DNA from: a virus
Lineage: Duplodnaviria; Caudoviricetes
IMG/VR virus record: IMGVR_UViG_3300033067_001756
Span: 1-29,481 of that record
Reading direction: 5' to 3' (one strand)
Length of the DNA stretch: 29,481 nucleotides
How positions within the stretch are numbered: the stretch's first letter is position 1; each line of letters starts with the position of its first letter. Positions 26,518 through 29,481 of this stretch are shown piece by piece. The notes beneath the pieces are model-generated. The model was not told the DNA's origin and did not search any database. It saw nothing but the letters and a program-made list of their open reading frames with translations. The translations under genes and the position numbers were made by a program.

Positions 26518-29481
26518 ATGAGTATCTACAATAGACAGTATCAGAAAATAGTTGCCGCTGAGATTTTAAAGACATTAATATTAGGCCGACTACCTAATAT
26601 CAATGACATATCTCAACGCATAGGAGCTGCTTTAAGTAACAAAAACAATATTACTTATAAGTACGTACCTCAACCTTTTAGAGAAGTTTTTCAAAATGAA
26701 GTCTATAATAAATCTTTAAATAAAATAAAGTTTGATATAGATCTCTTTAACGAAGAACTACTTGATCTATTTTCTGAAGCAGCTAAGAGAACTAACTTTG
26801 CAGATCTTTATCATAAGATCAATAGCTATGAACTAAAAAAGCTTCAGTCAGAGTTAGAGCTTTTATTATTTACAGTAAAGGACGCCGACTTTTATTTTGA
26901 TGGAGCGGTTGATACTTTTTCTGATACGTCTAAGCTAGATAAAACTTCCACAAAAGATATTATTGATTTATCTGAGCAGTGCCTATCTCTGCCTTATGGA
27001 GGAAAGAATACAAAACGAATTAATGTAGGATCTCTAGTTAACCAATTAAATACTACTGTAACTTTTTCAAATAATAACATTGTAAGTTCCTTTACACAAA
27101 TACCTAATACTAAGTTTGGTAATATTTTTGATGATTCGTTATCTGTCTGGGCCTATGAAGTAATAACTTCAGAAAATGCTCCTCTTGATATGACGTTTAA
27201 TTTTACATTAAATCCGGATGGCCAATCAGATAATGAGTTCTTTGTTTCTAGATTTGAACTAATACCGCACGGGTATAAGAAACAAAAAGCTATAGTCACT
27301 ACGTCTAACGATGATGTCAACTATCTAAAGATTCTTGGATATGAGCAGGGCGTAGTTATGGATGATCAGAAAAAGAACTATGCTTTAGACTTTGAGACAA
27401 CACTTGTGCAGTATGTAAAAATAACATTATCAAAAACTGAAGCTGATGAAGAAATTCTAGACGGAACTGTAAAGCGGTATAAATATGTTTTTGGATTAAA
27501 ACGTTTTGCTGCTTATCAGACTGGTCGTCTTAGTACTGGATTTTATTTAAGTAAACCACTTAGTTTTAAAAACTCTACTTCTATTGGTAAAGTTTCTATA
27601 AGCTCTGATCAATTTCTTCCTTCTGGTACTTCTGTAAATTATTCTATTGCGGGAGTATCTTCCAGCGGCATTACTTCCTTTATCCCTATTACTCCTATAG
27701 GTTCGGCCTCTACAGTAGGGGCAGGTAATATTGTTGCCTTTAACTCCAATAGAAGCTTATCCAAAAAGTTTACTGTACCTGCCTCAGGCAATGATGCTCC
27801 GCAGGCTTATGGTACTGCCTTTCAAGGTAAAGAATTTTACAGAATAGGTCCAGATATATCTACAGATTATATCTTTAATAGTGCTAGACTATATAGAGGA
27901 TTTAAATCTTGGTTCAGAGATTACACGGGATCTTTTGAAATACTAAATGTAGAAGACAACTATGTAAGCTTTGAGCAGACCGATCTTGAAGCTATATACA
28001 CTACAGCTACAGAAATTCCTGAGATTACCCCGCTTCCGATAACAGGAGAAGGTGTTAGAAGAGTACAGCTTAAGGTTTCTAAAACTCCTTATTATGATTC
28101 TAGTAGAGGACATAGCTTAAAGCCACAGCCAGGAACTCAAAATTCTAACCTAGATACTAGACCAAATTACGCTATATATAAAATATCTCATAAAGCAGAT
28201 AAAACTAAAAAGACTACAGCTTTTAGCTTAAGCTCATCTAGGGCCCAAAATCTTCCTATTGCCAACTTTATTGCAGAGAGTAATAACCCAAATGATCTTC
28301 CTATTATAAGATCCTTGACAGGTCAAATATTTACTAGTGGTATAGACTACATATTAGAAATGACTGATATAGGTGGAAGATCTAGACCTACAGGAAAGTT
28401 TACTATACCGAATGATAGTAGGTTTTTGGATAGCTCTGGCGACGTAATTAATTATGCTTTAGAGTTTGTTTACATTATAGACTCTGATATCACACATAAG
28501 GTTTCAAGAATTGATGGTAATGCTATTGTTCTAGATAACTGCACAAATACAATTTTTGATCCTATTGAAATAACTTATAGATACATCCCTACAGCGCCAA
28601 GTCAAATTATTAAGTCTTCTATTAGAGTAGCTAATCTACCTAGCACTAGCAGTACTAGAACGTTTTACGTAGAAGGTAGAGACTATGTAGTCGATCCTGG
28701 ATCAGGCGGAATTAATAGAATTCCTACAGGCAATATATCTCCAAAAGGATCTGTCTATGTAAACTTCTCATATAGAGGATCTTCTAGTTCAGTTCAAACC
28801 TTTACTACTTGGGCCTTTGTAAATCAAAGCAACGGCAGTCAGATAAAATTTGATCTAGACCCTACAACAAAAAAGAATAAGCTAATAGTGGATTCTGATG
28901 TAGGTGAGGCGTTCTATGTTAACTCTAAAGACGGACTTATCAATCTTACTAACTCTACTACCACTCCCGTATTACCCTACGGATGGGTACAGTTTATAGT
29001 TAGATCTAAGGATCCTAGTAGCAATAGTGATTATGGAACTAACTTAATAGATCAAGTAATACAATTAAAAGATATTAATAAAAAGAAAGTATTTAAATCT
29101 TTTAGTTCTTACTTTAATGAAGTCACTGCGTTCAGAGAGCCCCTCTTAGAAAAAACAGTTAACCATCTTAAGGTTAATACTCTCTTAAGTGACCACGGTG
29201 TATTCGCAGTAGATAAAAATACTGATCCATTAAAAGCTTACCTGCTCCTTAACTTTAAACCAAATGAGACCACAGAACTTTATAATAAAGTACCTACTGA
29301 GGACAGCGATGAAGCAAGCCCTCCTGCAACCTCAAACGAAGAGTTTCTTTTTGAATGGAGTGAGAAAACTGATTCTGACTATAGCCCAAGCCAAGTTATA
29401 GTAAAGATAGAACTTAATAGGAATCAAGATATTGACGGGGCTATAACACCTAAGGTGTTTAGCTACCAGTTAAGAGTAGGA
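26518..29481 (+). CDS. Virion structural protein, paralogue C, at least 988 aa, 3'-truncated (not in supplied ORF track)
   Basis: ATG at 26518; read codon by codon with no stop to the window end: MSIYNRQYQKIVAAEILKTL...FQNEVYNKSLNKIKFDIDLF...NIFDDSLSVWAYEV...YVKITLSK...RYKYVFGLKRF...ITPKVFSYQLRVG. The last motif matches the extreme C-termini of its paralogues, so the stop is probably just outside the window. Confidence 0.9.
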   Translation, partial: MSIYNRQYQKIVAAEILKTLILGRLPNINDISQRIGAALSNKNNITYKYVPQPFREVFQNEVYNKSLNKIKFDIDLFNEELLDLFSEAAKRTNFADLYHKINSYELKKLQSELELLLFTVKDADFYFDGAVDTFSDTSKLDKTSTKDIIDLSEQCLSLPYGGKNTKRINVGSLVNQLNTTVTFSNNNIVSSFTQIPNTKFGNIFDDSLSVWAYEVITSENAPLDMTFNFTLNPDGQSDNEFFVSRFELIPHGYKKQKAIVTTSNDDVNYLKILGYEQGVVMDDQKKNYALDFETTLVQYVKITLSKTEADEEILDGTVKRYKYVFGLKRFAAYQTGRLSTGFYLSKPLSFKNSTSIGKVSISSDQFLPSGTSVNYSIAGVSSSGITSFIPITPIGSASTVGAGNIVAFNSNRSLSKKFTVPASGNDAPQAYGTAFQGKEFYRIGPDISTDYIFNSARLYRGFKSWFRDYTGSFEILNVEDNYVSFEQTDLEAIYTTATEIPEITPLPITGEGVRRVQLKVSKTPYYDSSRGHSLKPQPGTQNSNLDTRPNYAIYKISHKADKTKKTTAFSLSSSRAQNLPIANFIAESNNPNDLPIIRSLTGQIFTSGIDYILEMTDIGGRSRPTGKFTIPNDSRFLDSSGDVINYALEFVYIIDSDITHKVSRIDGNAIVLDNCTNTIFDPIEITYRYIPTAPSQIIKSSIRVANLPSTSSTRTFYVEGRDYVVDPGSGGINRIPTGNISPKGSVYVNFSYRGSSSSVQTFTTWAFVNQSNGSQIKFDLDPTTKKNKLIVDSDVGEAFYVNSKDGLINLTNSTTTPVLPYGWVQFIVRSKDPSSNSDYGTNLIDQVIQLKDINKKKVFKSFSSYFNEVTAFREPLLEKTVNHLKVNTLLSDHGVFAVDKNTDPLKAYLLLNFKPNETTELYNKVPTEDSDEASPPATSNEEFLFEWSEKTDSDYSPSQVIVKIELNRNQDIDGAITPKVFSYQLRVG

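Larger units (their letters stand above)
1..29481 (+). mobile_element. Fragment of a large tailed-phage (or phage-derived) genome: baseplate/tail-appendage structural gene cluster
   Basis: 13 co-directional, overlapping genes, many of 650-1600 aa. They are Ser/Thr/Gly/Tyr/Asn-rich and beta-rich, with a baseplate wedge-like motif and fibre-like, LamG, FN3 and beta-helix segments. No housekeeping genes. Free phage, prophage or tail-like element cannot be distinguished from this window. Confidence 0.8.

Noticed and set aside
701-26575. Short antisense ORFs (701, 2572, 6960, 10019, 14211, 16129, 24840, 26369)
   Set aside because: All are under 100 aa, lie opposite long + strand genes and have no recognisable motifs; expected by chance.
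1-29481. Stop-codon reassignment (TAG or TGA recoding as in some large phages)
   Set aside because: The standard code already gives ~100% coding density. There are no in-frame TAG/TGA interruptions, and TGA ends genes in ATGA overlaps. Absence of TAG among 12 stops is not sufficient evidence.
1-29481. CRISPR arrays, tRNA/rRNA, introns/inteins, promoters, terminators
   Set aside because: There is no intergenic space, and no repeat-spacer pattern, intein terminal motif or convincing hairpin plus U-tract was seen by eye.

Overview
A 29.5-kb, AT-rich, almost completely coding window with 13 consecutive + strand genes. The first and last genes are cut by the window edges, and the last (26518 to >29481, at least 988 aa) is missing from the supplied ORF track. 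Genes overlap or abut, with only 9 intergenic nt in total. The proteins look like the baseplate/tail-tip/adhesion module of a large tailed phage, probably a myovirus. They include a gpI/gp48-like wedge motif, beta-helix, CBM-like, LamG-like, FN3/Ig-like and fibre-like segments. Several core motifs recall the Bacillus phage 0305phi8-36-type structural module; this is recognition from memory and unverified. There are no capsid, portal, replication, RNA, CRISPR or transposase genes. Most notable: (1) a GH5-type TIM barrel that has lost both catalytic glutamates, fused to a structural core protein; (2) three paralogous structural proteins, one split into two genes inside a variable loop of a jelly-roll domain; (3) a [Ser/Thr]-Gly dipeptide concentrated in accessory segments and scarce in core segments, a possible virion-wide modification signal. 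All functional calls come from motifs read by eye, without database searches.
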